From Planctomycetales bacterium (lineage in GTDB: Bacteria > 4484-113), in the NCBI GenBank assembly GCA_037445915.1, contig JBBIJQ010000021.1:1-33702 (forward strand): DNA of 33,702 bases, written 5' to 3'. Position 1 is the first letter of the stretch. Each line of letters opens with the position of its first letter. This document shows, piece after piece, positions 26,456 through 33,702 of the stretch. Under the pieces are notes generated by a model. The model had not been told where the DNA came from. It searched no databases and worked only from the letters and a program-made list of their open reading frames with translations. Position numbers and translations under genes: made by a program.

Positions 26456-27906
26456 TGCCAAACCCGAACCTCGGCGCGCTCCTGCCGCTTCTCCCCGCGC
26501 TCCTCATCACGCTGGGCGCAGTCGCGTTGGTGCTGGCTGACGCGCTCATCCGCAAGCGAGGGGAAACTGCGCTGGCTAGCATTGCTTTGTCCGCAATAGG
26601 CGCTGCATTCATTGCGCAAGTTCTCGTATTCCCGCGCGAATCGGCAAGCGCGTTCAATGGCGCGCTGGAAACCGATGGATACAGCGCGCTGGTCTCGCTC
26701 GTAGTCCTCGCAGTGCTCGCGCTGACGGTTGTGCTTGCGCCTTCGTATTTCGCAAAGATGCGCGCAGGCGGCCGCGAGCATTACGCGCTGCTGCTCATCT
26801 CTGCCCTTGGCATGATGCTGCTTCCCTGCGCCCGCGAGCTGGTGAGCCTCATCGTCTGCGTTGAATTAGTATCTATCCCCCTGTATGTTCTCGCAGGCTA
26901 CAACCGCGCGCTGGAATCCAGCGGGGAAGCCGCGTTCAAATACTTCATTCCCGGCGCATTCGCCAGCGCGTTTATCATCTACGGCGCAGCGTTCCTTTAC
27001 GGGAACACAGGCACCCTTTACTTGCAGCCCATTGGCGAAACGCTGCTGCTGGCGGAAAACAAGGCGCTGCTGCTTCTTGGGCTTGCGCTTCTGCTCGCAG
27101 GCTTCGCGTTCAAGGTTGCGCTGGTTCCCTTCCACGCTTGGCTGCCCGATGTTTACCAAGGAAGCCCCAGCCCCGTCACCGGCTTTATGGCGGCGGGAGT
27201 GAAGATAGCAGTATTCGCGGCGCTCTTGCGCTTGCTGGCTGTCGGCTTCCAGCCGGCAGCTGAGCATTGGCGCGCCGGCATATTCGTCCTGGCCGTGCTC
27301 ACGATGTGCCTGGGCAACCTGCTTGCGCTACACCAATTGAGCCTCAAGCGGATGCTTGCGTACTCCTCCATCGCCCACGCTGGATACTTGGCAGTCGGGC
27401 TGGTCGCGGCTAACCGCGAAGCCCAACTAGCGATGCTCTTCTACCTCATCGCCTACGCGGCTGCCACCGTTGGCGCGTTCGCCCTTATAAGCGCGTGGGC
27501 GGATGGAAAGCGAGACGACATATACCTTGGCGAGATGCGTGGTCTTTCAGAGCGCCAGCCACTCGCTGCGCTGGCAATGCTGTTGTTCCTGCTCTCGCTG
27601 ATAGGCTTCCCGCTGACTGCAGGCTTCATCGGCAAGCTGATGCTCTTTTCCGCCGCCTACGCCGCAGGTTACATCGCCCTGCTAGTTGTTGCAGTCCTCA
27701 ACTCAATAGTCTCTGTTTACTACTACCTTCGGGTAGCGCAGGCGATGTATATGCTGCCTGCGGAAAGCGGCGGGGCAAAAAGCCGGCCTGCAGGAATCGC
27801 GGGCGCGCCGTACTTGTGGGTGGCTGTCATCTGCGCGGTGGCGGTGCTCGCGCTGGGCATTGCGCCCAGGGCGCTGCTGGCGATTCTGGGTATGCAAGGG
27901 TTCTAA
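26452..27906 (+). CDS. nuoN: NADH-quinone oxidoreductase subunit N
   Basis: EAAFKYF, FK...VPFH.W.PDVYQG.P.PV, KRMLAYSSIAHAGY, GF.GK, YYYLRV. Confidence 0.97.
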   Translation: MMPNPNLGALLPLLPALLITLGAVALVLADALIRKRGETALASIALSAIGAAFIAQVLVFPRESASAFNGALETDGYSALVSLVVLAVLALTVVLAPSYFAKMRAGGREHYALLLISALGMMLLPCARELVSLIVCVELVSIPLYVLAGYNRALESSGEAAFKYFIPGAFASAFIIYGAAFLYGNTGTLYLQPIGETLLLAENKALLLLGLALLLAGFAFKVALVPFHAWLPDVYQGSPSPVTGFMAAGVKIAVFAALLRLLAVGFQPAAEHWRAGIFVLAVLTMCLGNLLALHQLSLKRMLAYSSIAHAGYLAVGLVAANREAQLAMLFYLIAYAAATVGAFALISAWADGKRDDIYLGEMRGLSERQPLAALAMLLFLLSLIGFPLTAGFIGKLMLFSAAYAAGYIALLVVAVLNSIVSVYYYLRVAQAMYMLPAESGGAKSRPAGIAGAPYLWVAVICAVAVLALGIAPRALLAILGMQGF

Positions 27907-27946
27907 GCCCGATTGCAGCCCTTGAAATGTGGGCTGGCCGGCGCGC

Positions 27947-27975
27947 TTGACATACAGTATCTGGTTTGGTAAACT
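27947..27975 (+). promoter_or_regulatory. Strong sigma70-type promoter
   Basis: TTGACA (27947-27952), exactly 17 nt ending in TGG, TAAACT (27970-27975). Confidence 0.75.
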
Positions 27976-28097
27976 GTGCGCGCTCGGTTTGGCGGGGGAA
28001 AAACTAGGCCGGGCTTGACGAACCGGTGAGGACGCGGATTGTATCCGACCGCGTAATTTTATCCTCATCTCCTAAATCATTAGAAGGAGTAGGTCAA

Positions 28098-28802
28098 ATG
28101 AGAAAGTATCTTGGACTCCTGGCTGTGGCGATGCTAGTCATCGTAGCTTTGGCGCTTGCCAGCTGCGGTGGCAGCGGAAGCCGCCGCATCATCGCGTCTC
28201 CCACTCCTGGCGATTTCTATTTGCCGTTGGTTGGCGGCGCTGATACTGGCGAGTGGGGTCTTATCTACAACACCGCCACGCTGCGCTACGGCTGGTTTAA
28301 CTCAGCCAAAGATATCGGCGCTTGGGACGAGGTTTCCGGCGGCGGTATGGCCATCCCTGGCGGCGCCTATGTAATTGCTGGCCCTGACAGCCTTGACACT
28401 AACGGCGATGGCTATCCCGATTTCTTCTATGTCGGGATGCGCCAGCTGGCTTCTTTCGCCGCGAACAATGACGATTTTCGTGGCGGTTCAGTTGCCACCC
28501 CTGCCAAGATCGGCGGCGCGTGGTACTTCCCTGATTCGCTGGTCTTTGATCCGTACATCGTGCTCTTCCTCCCGATCTCCCAAAATCTCGCGAAAGGCAC
28601 CAGCGTGGCTGTCTTCCGTTGGGTAACCTACACCACGGTTGCCTCGGATCAGACCGTTGGTTACTGGAGCTACGTGGGAATGGGCTCGGTGGACAACGAC
28701 CCGCTCAACCTGGGCAAGAAAGTCGTCGTCTTCAACTGGAGTGGTTCTCTCGGTATGTTTGCGGCTGTTGCGACCATTCACAGCAGCGGCAGCGGCGTCT
28801 AA
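28098..28802 (+). CDS. Putative lipoprotein with DxNxDG loop and ZU5-like beta domain
   Basis: Start reassigned to ATG 28098 (AAGGAG SD); signal peptide with lipobox LAS-C-GGSG; DTNGDGYPD motif; followed by terminator-like hairpin. Confidence 0.82.
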   Translation: MRKYLGLLAVAMLVIVALALASCGGSGSRRIIASPTPGDFYLPLVGGADTGEWGLIYNTATLRYGWFNSAKDIGAWDEVSGGGMAIPGGAYVIAGPDSLDTNGDGYPDFFYVGMRQLASFAANNDDFRGGSVATPAKIGGAWYFPDSLVFDPYIVLFLPISQNLAKGTSVAVFRWVTYTTVASDQTVGYWSYVGMGSVDNDPLNLGKKVVVFNWSGSLGMFAAVATIHSSGSGV

Positions 28803-28839
28803 TTCAAACCGCTTACAAGTGGTTTATTGAGCCTATACT

Positions 28840-28871
28840 AAATGGGCGGGCTTGTCCCGCCCATTTCCTTT
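28840..28871 (+). terminator. Rho-independent terminator-like hairpin
   Basis: AAATGGGCGGG-CTTGT-CCCGCCCATTT (11-bp stem) followed by CCTTT. Confidence 0.7.
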
Positions 28872-28893
28872 AACTGCGGCAGGCCGTTTCTTG

Positions 28894-28902
28894 TGTTATA
28901 CT
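28894..28902 (+). promoter_or_regulatory. Extended -10 promoter for NIL-ferredoxin
   Basis: TGT-TATACT between the terminator and the gene. Confidence 0.45.
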
Positions 28903-29026
28903 GGGGATGTGAAGCCGTTTGTCGCTTACTTAGGATCACTTTTGGCGGGGCTTGCAGTCGGCGCAGCCTTTGCTGGAATTATCTACATTTACCTCTGGAT
29001 AACGGTGAAGTAGAGGAGAGCCAACC

Positions 29027-29437
29027 GTGAAGACCGAACGGGTAGTCTTGTCATTTAGCCCCGATTACATCCGCAAGCCTGTAACCTACTTGCTAGCCAG
29101 TAATTACAAGTTGCGCCTTAACATCCTGCGCGCGAAGATTATGCCTGGCGAAGAAGGCCGGTTGCTGCTGGAAATCTCCGGCGATGAAGAGAGCTTGAGG
29201 GAAGGACTTGAATACCTCAAGTCGCTAAACGTGCGGGTACAGCGGGTGTCCGACTTCTATGCGGTTGATGAAACGAAGTGCATGGAAAGCCGCAAGTGCT
29301 TCCAGATCTGCCCCGCCGAGGCAATCCAGCTAAAGGCGCATGGAGGCTTGCCCATAGCCATCATTGAGGAAAACTGCATTCTGTGCGAGAAGTGCCAGCC
29401 CGCTTGCCCCGAGGGCGTGTTTTCCTTCACGTTCTAG
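29027..29437 (+). CDS. NIL domain plus dicluster ferredoxin protein
   Basis: L.F......PVTY.L...Y.L..NILRAKI...EEG.L.LE NIL pattern; CMESRKCFQICP and CILCEKCQPACP; GAGGAG SD. Confidence 0.9.
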   Translation: MKTERVVLSFSPDYIRKPVTYLLASNYKLRLNILRAKIMPGEEGRLLLEISGDEESLREGLEYLKSLNVRVQRVSDFYAVDETKCMESRKCFQICPAEAIQLKAHGGLPIAIIEENCILCEKCQPACPEGVFSFTF

Positions 29438-29441
29438 CCTC

Positions 29442-31106
29442 TCAACCGCCCCGGTAGCGCCCCCACACCTTTTCCATTGCCGCGATTATCTCGCCGCCAG
29501 TAGAGCCAGCGCGCACGCAGTCAAGCGCCCGCTCGCAAATGCCGGCTTCCTTTTCGCAAGCGCGCGAAAGCGAATTCAGGGCCTCCATTCGTGCTTGCGC
29601 AGTGCTTTCCCGCCCGGCCTTATACTTCGCAAGCCGCTCTAGCTGCGCAGTTTCACCCTGCTCGTCATGCGGCGATGAAGGGATTGGCTGCCGCGAGCTG
29701 CAGTATTTATTAACGCCGACGACCGTGCGCTCTGCGCAGTCAACTTCTCTTTGCCACTCATAGGCTTTCTGCTGGATTTCGCCCTGCGGGTAACCGCGCT
29801 CAATCGCAGCGCGCATCCCGCCCATTTCGTCAATGACGCGGATGTATTCAACGGCCTGCGCTTCTAGCTTATCGGTAAGCTCCTCAAGAAAGTAGCTCCC
29901 GCCGAGCGGGTCAACAGTGTCCGCAACCCCCGACTCCTCGGCTATGATTTGTTGCAGCCGGAGGGCTATGGTTACGCTGTCTTCGGTCGGCAGGTTCATG
30001 GCCTCATCGTAGGAATTGGTATGCAGCGACTGCGCCCCGCCGAGCACTGCCGCAAGCGCCTGCAACGTAACGCGCGCGATGTTGTTCAGCGGCTGTTGCG
30101 CCGTGAGCGTGCTTCCAGCGGTTTGCGCGTGGAAGCGCAACAGCATGCTGCGCGGGTCTTTCGCGCCGAAACGGTCTTTCACGATGCGCGCCCAAAGCCT
30201 GCGGGCGGCGCGGAACTTCGCAACTTCCTCCAACACATTGTTGTGAGCGTTAAAGAAAAATGACAGCCGCGTGGCGAAGCGGTCAATTTCCAGCCCCGAC
30301 TGGACAGCCTGCGTGCAGTATTCAACCGCGTCCGCAAGCGTGAATGCTATTTCCTGCGCGGCTGTGCAACCGGCTTCGCGGATGTGGTAGCCGGAGATGC
30401 TGATCATATTCCATTTCGGGAGGCGGTCGCTGCAAAAGCGGAAAGTGTCCACGGTAAGCGCGAGGCTCGGCGCTGGCGGGAAGATGTAGGTTCCGCGCGC
30501 CATGTATTCCTTTAGGATGTCGTTCTGGATGGTGCCGCCGAGGTGCTTCCATTCCGCGCCCTGCTCCTCGGCAACCACGAGGTAAAACGCGAGCAGCACT
30601 GCGGCTGGCGCATTGATAGTCATAGAAGTCGTCACATCGCCTAGGGGAATGCCGTTGAATAGGGCGCGCATATCGTCAATCGTGTCAATGGGAACCCCGA
30701 CCCGCCCGACTTCGCCGCGCGCAAGCGGATGGTCGCTGTCGTAGCCCATCTGCGTCGGCAGGTCAAACGCCACTGAAAGCCCAGTCTGGCCTGAATCAAG
30801 CAGGTAGCGGTAGCGGCGGTTGGTCTCCTCAGCGGTGCGGAAGCCCGCATACTGGCGCATAGTCCACAGCTTCCCGCGAAACATCGTCGGCAGTATGCCG
30901 CGCGTGTAGGGAAACTCGCCGGGGAAACTTAGCTGCGAGGCGTAGTATTCCTCCGGGCAGCCTGAAAGCGACCAAGGCCCCGCCAGCTCGGAAAAGCTGT
31001 AGCCGCCGGTTGACTTGAAGCTGGGCTTGCGCTCGGGGTGTTTGGATGTAAGCGGCTCCAGCGTCTTCTCGCGCCAGCGTCGGTATGCGTCATTCGTGCT
31101 CGCCAT
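29442..31106 (-). CDS. Methylmalonyl-CoA mutase, large (substrate-binding) subunit without B12-binding domain
   Basis: [61 protein letters not shown]; no DxHxxG motif; GAGGAG SD. Confidence 0.96.
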   Translation of the reverse strand: MASTNDAYRRWREKTLEPLTSKHPERKPSFKSTGGYSFSELAGPWSLSGCPEEYYASQLSFPGEFPYTRGILPTMFRGKLWTMRQYAGFRTAEETNRRYRYLLDSGQTGLSVAFDLPTQMGYDSDHPLARGEVGRVGVPIDTIDDMRALFNGIPLGDVTTSMTINAPAAVLLAFYLVVAEEQGAEWKHLGGTIQNDILKEYMARGTYIFPPAPSLALTVDTFRFCSDRLPKWNMISISGYHIREAGCTAAQEIAFTLADAVEYCTQAVQSGLEIDRFATRLSFFFNAHNNVLEEVAKFRAARRLWARIVKDRFGAKDPRSMLLRFHAQTAGSTLTAQQPLNNIARVTLQALAAVLGGAQSLHTNSYDEAMNLPTEDSVTIALRLQQIIAEESGVADTVDPLGGSYFLEELTDKLEAQAVEYIRVIDEMGGMRAAIERGYPQGEIQQKAYEWQREVDCAERTVVGVNKYCSSRQPIPSSPHDEQGETAQLERLAKYKAGRESTAQARMEALNSLSRACEKEAGICERALDCVRAGSTGGEIIAAMEKVWGRYRGG

Positions 31107-31227
31107 AATGTAAGCTCCTCGTTACCCCCCGCATATGCGTAAGTCGCATGCGCCGGGCGGCTAGGAATATAGCATAAGCACGCCGCGATGCGTGCCAGCG
31201 CGCAGGGCGGAAGCGGCGCCAAGCAGC

Positions 31228-31860
31228 TTAGCTTCCCTTTACGACGATGCTTTGAAGTACGTCGCAAACGCTTTCGGCTGAATCAACGGCGTCTTCAATG
31301 ATGCCGTAAATCTCGCGCCACTTGATAATGTGAACGAAATCCTTTCCGTTCTCAAAAAGCTCTGCGATGGCTTCGCGGTAAACGCGGTCGGCGCGCTTCT
31401 CATAGTAGATGACCTGGTCGCAGTGGCGCGCAAGCTCTTCGTACATCTTCGGCTTGTTTAGGAGGCCGACCGCTTTCCCGAGTTCAGAAGTCGCGCTGCA
31501 AAGGTGCTGCGCAAGGAGCTTAAAGTGCATGGGAGACTCGGTTACTTTGTATAAGACAAGCCGCTCAATAAGCCCTTCGCTTACGTCAAGTATGTCGTCA
31601 ATGGACTGCGCGAGCGCTGTGATGTCCTCGCGGTCAATGGGCGTGACCAGCGAGACATTGAGCAGCCCGATGATCTCGCGCGTTATGCGGTCGCCTTCAT
31701 GTTCAAGGCGGTTAAGCTCTGTGGCAAGCTCTGGCGCGCGCAAGATGTCGGCTGAAGCGTCCTGGAGTATCAATGTCGCGAGGGCTACGTTATCCGCAGC
31801 TTCTTTGAGCAGTTCAAAGAACTTGCCTTCGCGGGGAAACAGGGTGAATTTGAATTTCAT
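31228..31860 (-). CDS. DUF47 family PhoU-like phosphate transport regulator
   Basis: LEHEGD.IT, TPIDREDI..LA..IDDILD, E..AD..YR, IKWREIY..E.A.D motifs; directly downstream of PiT gene. Confidence 0.93.
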   Translation of the reverse strand: MKFKFTLFPREGKFFELLKEAADNVALATLILQDASADILRAPELATELNRLEHEGDRITREIIGLLNVSLVTPIDREDITALAQSIDDILDVSEGLIERLVLYKVTESPMHFKLLAQHLCSATSELGKAVGLLNKPKMYEELARHCDQVIYYEKRADRVYREAIAELFENGKDFVHIIKWREIYGIIEDAVDSAESVCDVLQSIVVKGS

Positions 31861-31871
31861 TTCATTTCTCC

Positions 31872-32921
31872 TTATGCAGCATGCAGAAGCAGCGACATAA
31901 GCTTATAGACTAAGGCCGCCACTATAGCCGCTCCGGGGATGGTCAAGACCCACGCCCAAACAATGCGCCCCATAATGCCCCAACGCACGGCGGTCAGCCG
32001 CTTGATTGCGCCGACTCCGGTAATCGCCCCTGAGATTGTGTGGGTGGTGGATACAGGGATGCCGAGCATAGCCGTCCCAAGGATTGATGTTGCGGCGGCG
32101 GTTTCGGCGCAGAAACCGTCCATTGGGCGCAACTCGGTAATCCGGACACCCATTGTCTTGATGACCTTCCACCCGCCGAGCAGCGTGCCCAGCGCGATTG
32201 CAACGTGCGCTGAGATAACGACCCAGTTGGCGACAAAGCCGGTGCTGTCAAAGCTCGCCCGGTTAAGCCATCCCCCGCTTGGATCAGTGTGAATGCCAGC
32301 GGTAAAAAGCAGAATTGCTATAACGCCCATCGTCTTCTGCGCATCCGCGGTCCCGTGGCCAAGGCTAAATGCAGCCGCGCTGGCAAGCTGCAAGCGCCGG
32401 AACAGGACATCTACCTTGTTTCGCTTTACTCGCCGGAATATCCAGGTCACAATGCACATGTTAATGTACGCGAGCAAAGTGCCGATTATCGGGGAAAGCA
32501 CAATGAAGATGCCTATTTTAGAAATGCCGCGCCAGACTACTGTGTCCATCCCTGCATATATGATTCCCGCGCCGAGCAGGCCGCCGACAAGCGAGTGGCT
32601 GACGCTGATGGGAAGCCCAAGCAATGTGCAGCCCCACGCCCAGACTATCGCCCCGACGAGGGCGGCAAGAATAACTTCGGTTGTTACGGAGTCAGGGTTG
32701 ACGACGCCTTTGCCGATTGTGCCGGCAACCTTCAGGTGGAAGAAAAGCACGGCGGCAAAGTTCCAGAACGCCGCCCAGGCGACCGCCGGAAAAGGCCTGA
32801 GGACGCGCGTAGCGACAACCGTGGCGATGGAGTTCGCGGCGTCATTGATGCCGTTTACGAAGTCAAAAATGAGGGCTAAGGCGACTCCGATGAACACAAG
32901 ATGGATGGGATGCAGTTCCAA
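31872..32921 (-). CDS. Inorganic phosphate transporter (PiT family)
   Basis: FDFVNG.NDAANSIATVV, GLPISVSHSLVGG, HG.ADAQKTMG, PVSTTH, AVRW. Track ORF extends into the tRNA; probable start TTG 32921. Confidence 0.95.
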   Translation of the reverse strand: MELHPIHLVFIGVALALIFDFVNGINDAANSIATVVATRVLRPFPAVAWAAFWNFAAVLFFHLKVAGTIGKGVVNPDSVTTEVILAALVGAIVWAWGCTLLGLPISVSHSLVGGLLGAGIIYAGMDTVVWRGISKIGIFIVLSPIIGTLLAYINMCIVTWIFRRVKRNKVDVLFRRLQLASAAAFSLGHGTADAQKTMGVIAILLFTAGIHTDPSGGWLNRASFDSTGFVANWVVISAHVAIALGTLLGGWKVIKTMGVRITELRPMDGFCAETAAATSILGTAMLGIPVSTTHTISGAITGVGAIKRLTAVRWGIMGRIVWAWVLTIPGAAIVAALVYKLMSLLLHAA

Positions 32922-32930
32922 GCGGCGGGG

Positions 32931-32939
32931 ATTGTAACA
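32931..32939 (-). promoter_or_regulatory. Extended -10 promoter (TGT-TACAAT) 9 nt before PiT TTG
   Basis: Minus strand TGTTACAAT-CCCCGCCGC-TTG; no SD. Confidence 0.5.
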
Positions 32940-33008
32940 CTTTGCAGGCTGGTGCGGAATAAAAAAAATACCGCTATTTTGGGGTGTGAAAAGCCGGGAG
33001 AACGGCGG

Positions 33009-33081
33009 TGGCGAGGGACGGATTTGAACCGCCGACACAGGGATTTTCAGTCCCCTGCTCTACCAACTGAGCTACCTCGCC
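33009..33081 (-). tRNA. tRNA-Phe (GAA)
   Basis: GGCGAGG-TA-GCTC-AGTTGGTA-GAGC-A-GGGGA-CTGAAAA-TCCCT-GTGTC-GGCGG-TTCAAAT-CCGTC-CCTCGCC-A; full cloverleaf, 73 nt; TATAAT upstream at 33105-33100. Confidence 0.98.
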
Positions 33082-33150
33082 GCAGGTTAGGCGACGGCGA
33101 TTATAAACCCTAGCTATCTGGCGTGTAAAGCGCGGCGGGCGGCTGCTCAA

Positions 33151-33159
33151 TGCTACAAT
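33151..33159 (+). promoter_or_regulatory. Extended -10 promoter for VOC gene
   Basis: TGC-TACAAT upstream of the GGGAGGA SD. Confidence 0.5.
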
Positions 33160-33195
33160 CTGCGCGCGCGCATGTGTATGCGCGGGAGGACACTC

Positions 33196-33573
33196 ATGAT
33201 TATTGGCCTGACTATGATTGTGCTGCCGGTTTCCAACTGGGCGGCTTCGCGCGATTGGTATGTGAACAAGCTCGGTATGAAGCCCGAATACGAGGTGGAA
33301 GAAGACCGCTATGGTGAATACACGTTTGGTGAGCGCGGCGCGGTTCTCGGGCTTTGGGGCCTGCCCAAGGGCTACAGCGTCGTGCGCGGCGACGGGGCCA
33401 AGCTGGTTGCGCCGACTCCTTACATTGAAGTGGACGACCTGGCGGCATCAGCCGCTGAACTTGAAGCTAAGGGCATTGTGTTTGATGCTAAGACTGAAGA
33501 AGGCGGCTACAAGACCGCTCGCTTCCATGACCCCGACGGCCACATCCTCTTCCTCTACGAGCTTGGGGCGTAG
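33196..33573 (+). CDS. VOC (glyoxalase/bleomycin resistance) family protein
   Basis: V.PV.....SRDWY...LG, IEVDDL.....EL.AKG, F.DPDGH.L.L.E motifs; start reassigned to ATG 33196 after GGGAGGA. Confidence 0.9.
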   Translation: MIIGLTMIVLPVSNWAASRDWYVNKLGMKPEYEVEEDRYGEYTFGERGAVLGLWGLPKGYSVVRGDGAKLVAPTPYIEVDDLAASAAELEAKGIVFDAKTEEGGYKTARFHDPDGHILFLYELGA

Positions 33574-33614
33574 GCTGAGAGCCTAACATATGTTTCTGCT
33601 ATAATCAGGACTAG

Positions 33615-33702
33615 ATGGCGGACAAAACACCCATTCAATCAGATGCCGCACGGTGCGGCGATGGCCAGAAAGCGCTAAAGCTAGGGCCAGTTGACAGGTC
33701 AC
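33615..33702 (+). CDS. Possible 5' fragment of a gene running off the window (MADKTPIQSDAARCGDGQKALKLGPVDRS...)
   Basis: TGC-TATAAT (33597-33605) 9 nt before ATG; frame open to window end; too short to identify. Confidence 0.35.
   Translation, partial: MADKTPIQSDAARCGDGQKALKLGPVDRS

Noticed and set aside
14920..27950. Numerous alternative-frame and antisense ORFs within the nuo operon
   Set aside because: All overlap well-supported nuo genes and lack motifs.
31107..31227. Cobalamin riboswitch upstream of the mutase gene
   Set aside because: Region is ~120 nt with a promoter-like element at 31166-31174 and lacks the B12-box and GGGAA core; only a small hairpin is present.
32922..33038. N-terminal extension of the PiT ORF in the track
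   Set aside because: Overlaps the tRNA gene and an AT-rich promoter region; homology begins near TTG 32921.
33009..33081. tRNA-Phe as an integration site for a mobile element
   Set aside because: No duplicate of its 3' end seen in the window, no integrase, and housekeeping genes follow directly.

Overview
GC-rich (spot counts ~60-68%) bacterial chromosomal window, mostly housekeeping; the lineage cannot be assigned from sequence alone. Order: a low-GC PD-(D/E)xK nuclease-like gene divergent from trmD-rplS-lepB; a minus-strand BtuF-like protein, B3/B4 protein and split transketolase; a ~630-bp intergenic region packed with REP-like hairpins; a lipoprotein; a minus-strand block (AMIN/SPOR-like, single-TM low-complexity protein, DedA, Zn-ribbon double-FHA, thermonuclease, P-loop kinase-dCMP deaminase fusion); a complete nuoA-N operon with fused nuoCD; a second lipoprotein with a strong promoter and structured leader; NIL-ferredoxin; methylmalonyl-CoA mutase large subunit; DUF47 plus PiT transporter; tRNA-Phe(GAA); and a VOC protein. 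No CRISPR array, integrase or transposase is visible. Most unusual observations: (1) a dispersed and tandem-arrayed family of GTAG-type hairpins whose flanks are conserved while stems differ, including a compensatory-change pair; (2) a signal peptidase I with an N-terminal Big-1/invasin-like domain; (3) a kinase-deaminase fusion with the domain order of anti-phage dCTP deaminases; (4) two overlapping uORFs forming an unbroken relay from a promoter into nuoA; (5) pervasive extended -10 promoters with several leaderless-type starts; (6) a ~24-aa basic insertion in L19. Family assignments rest on motif recognition by eye, not database searches.
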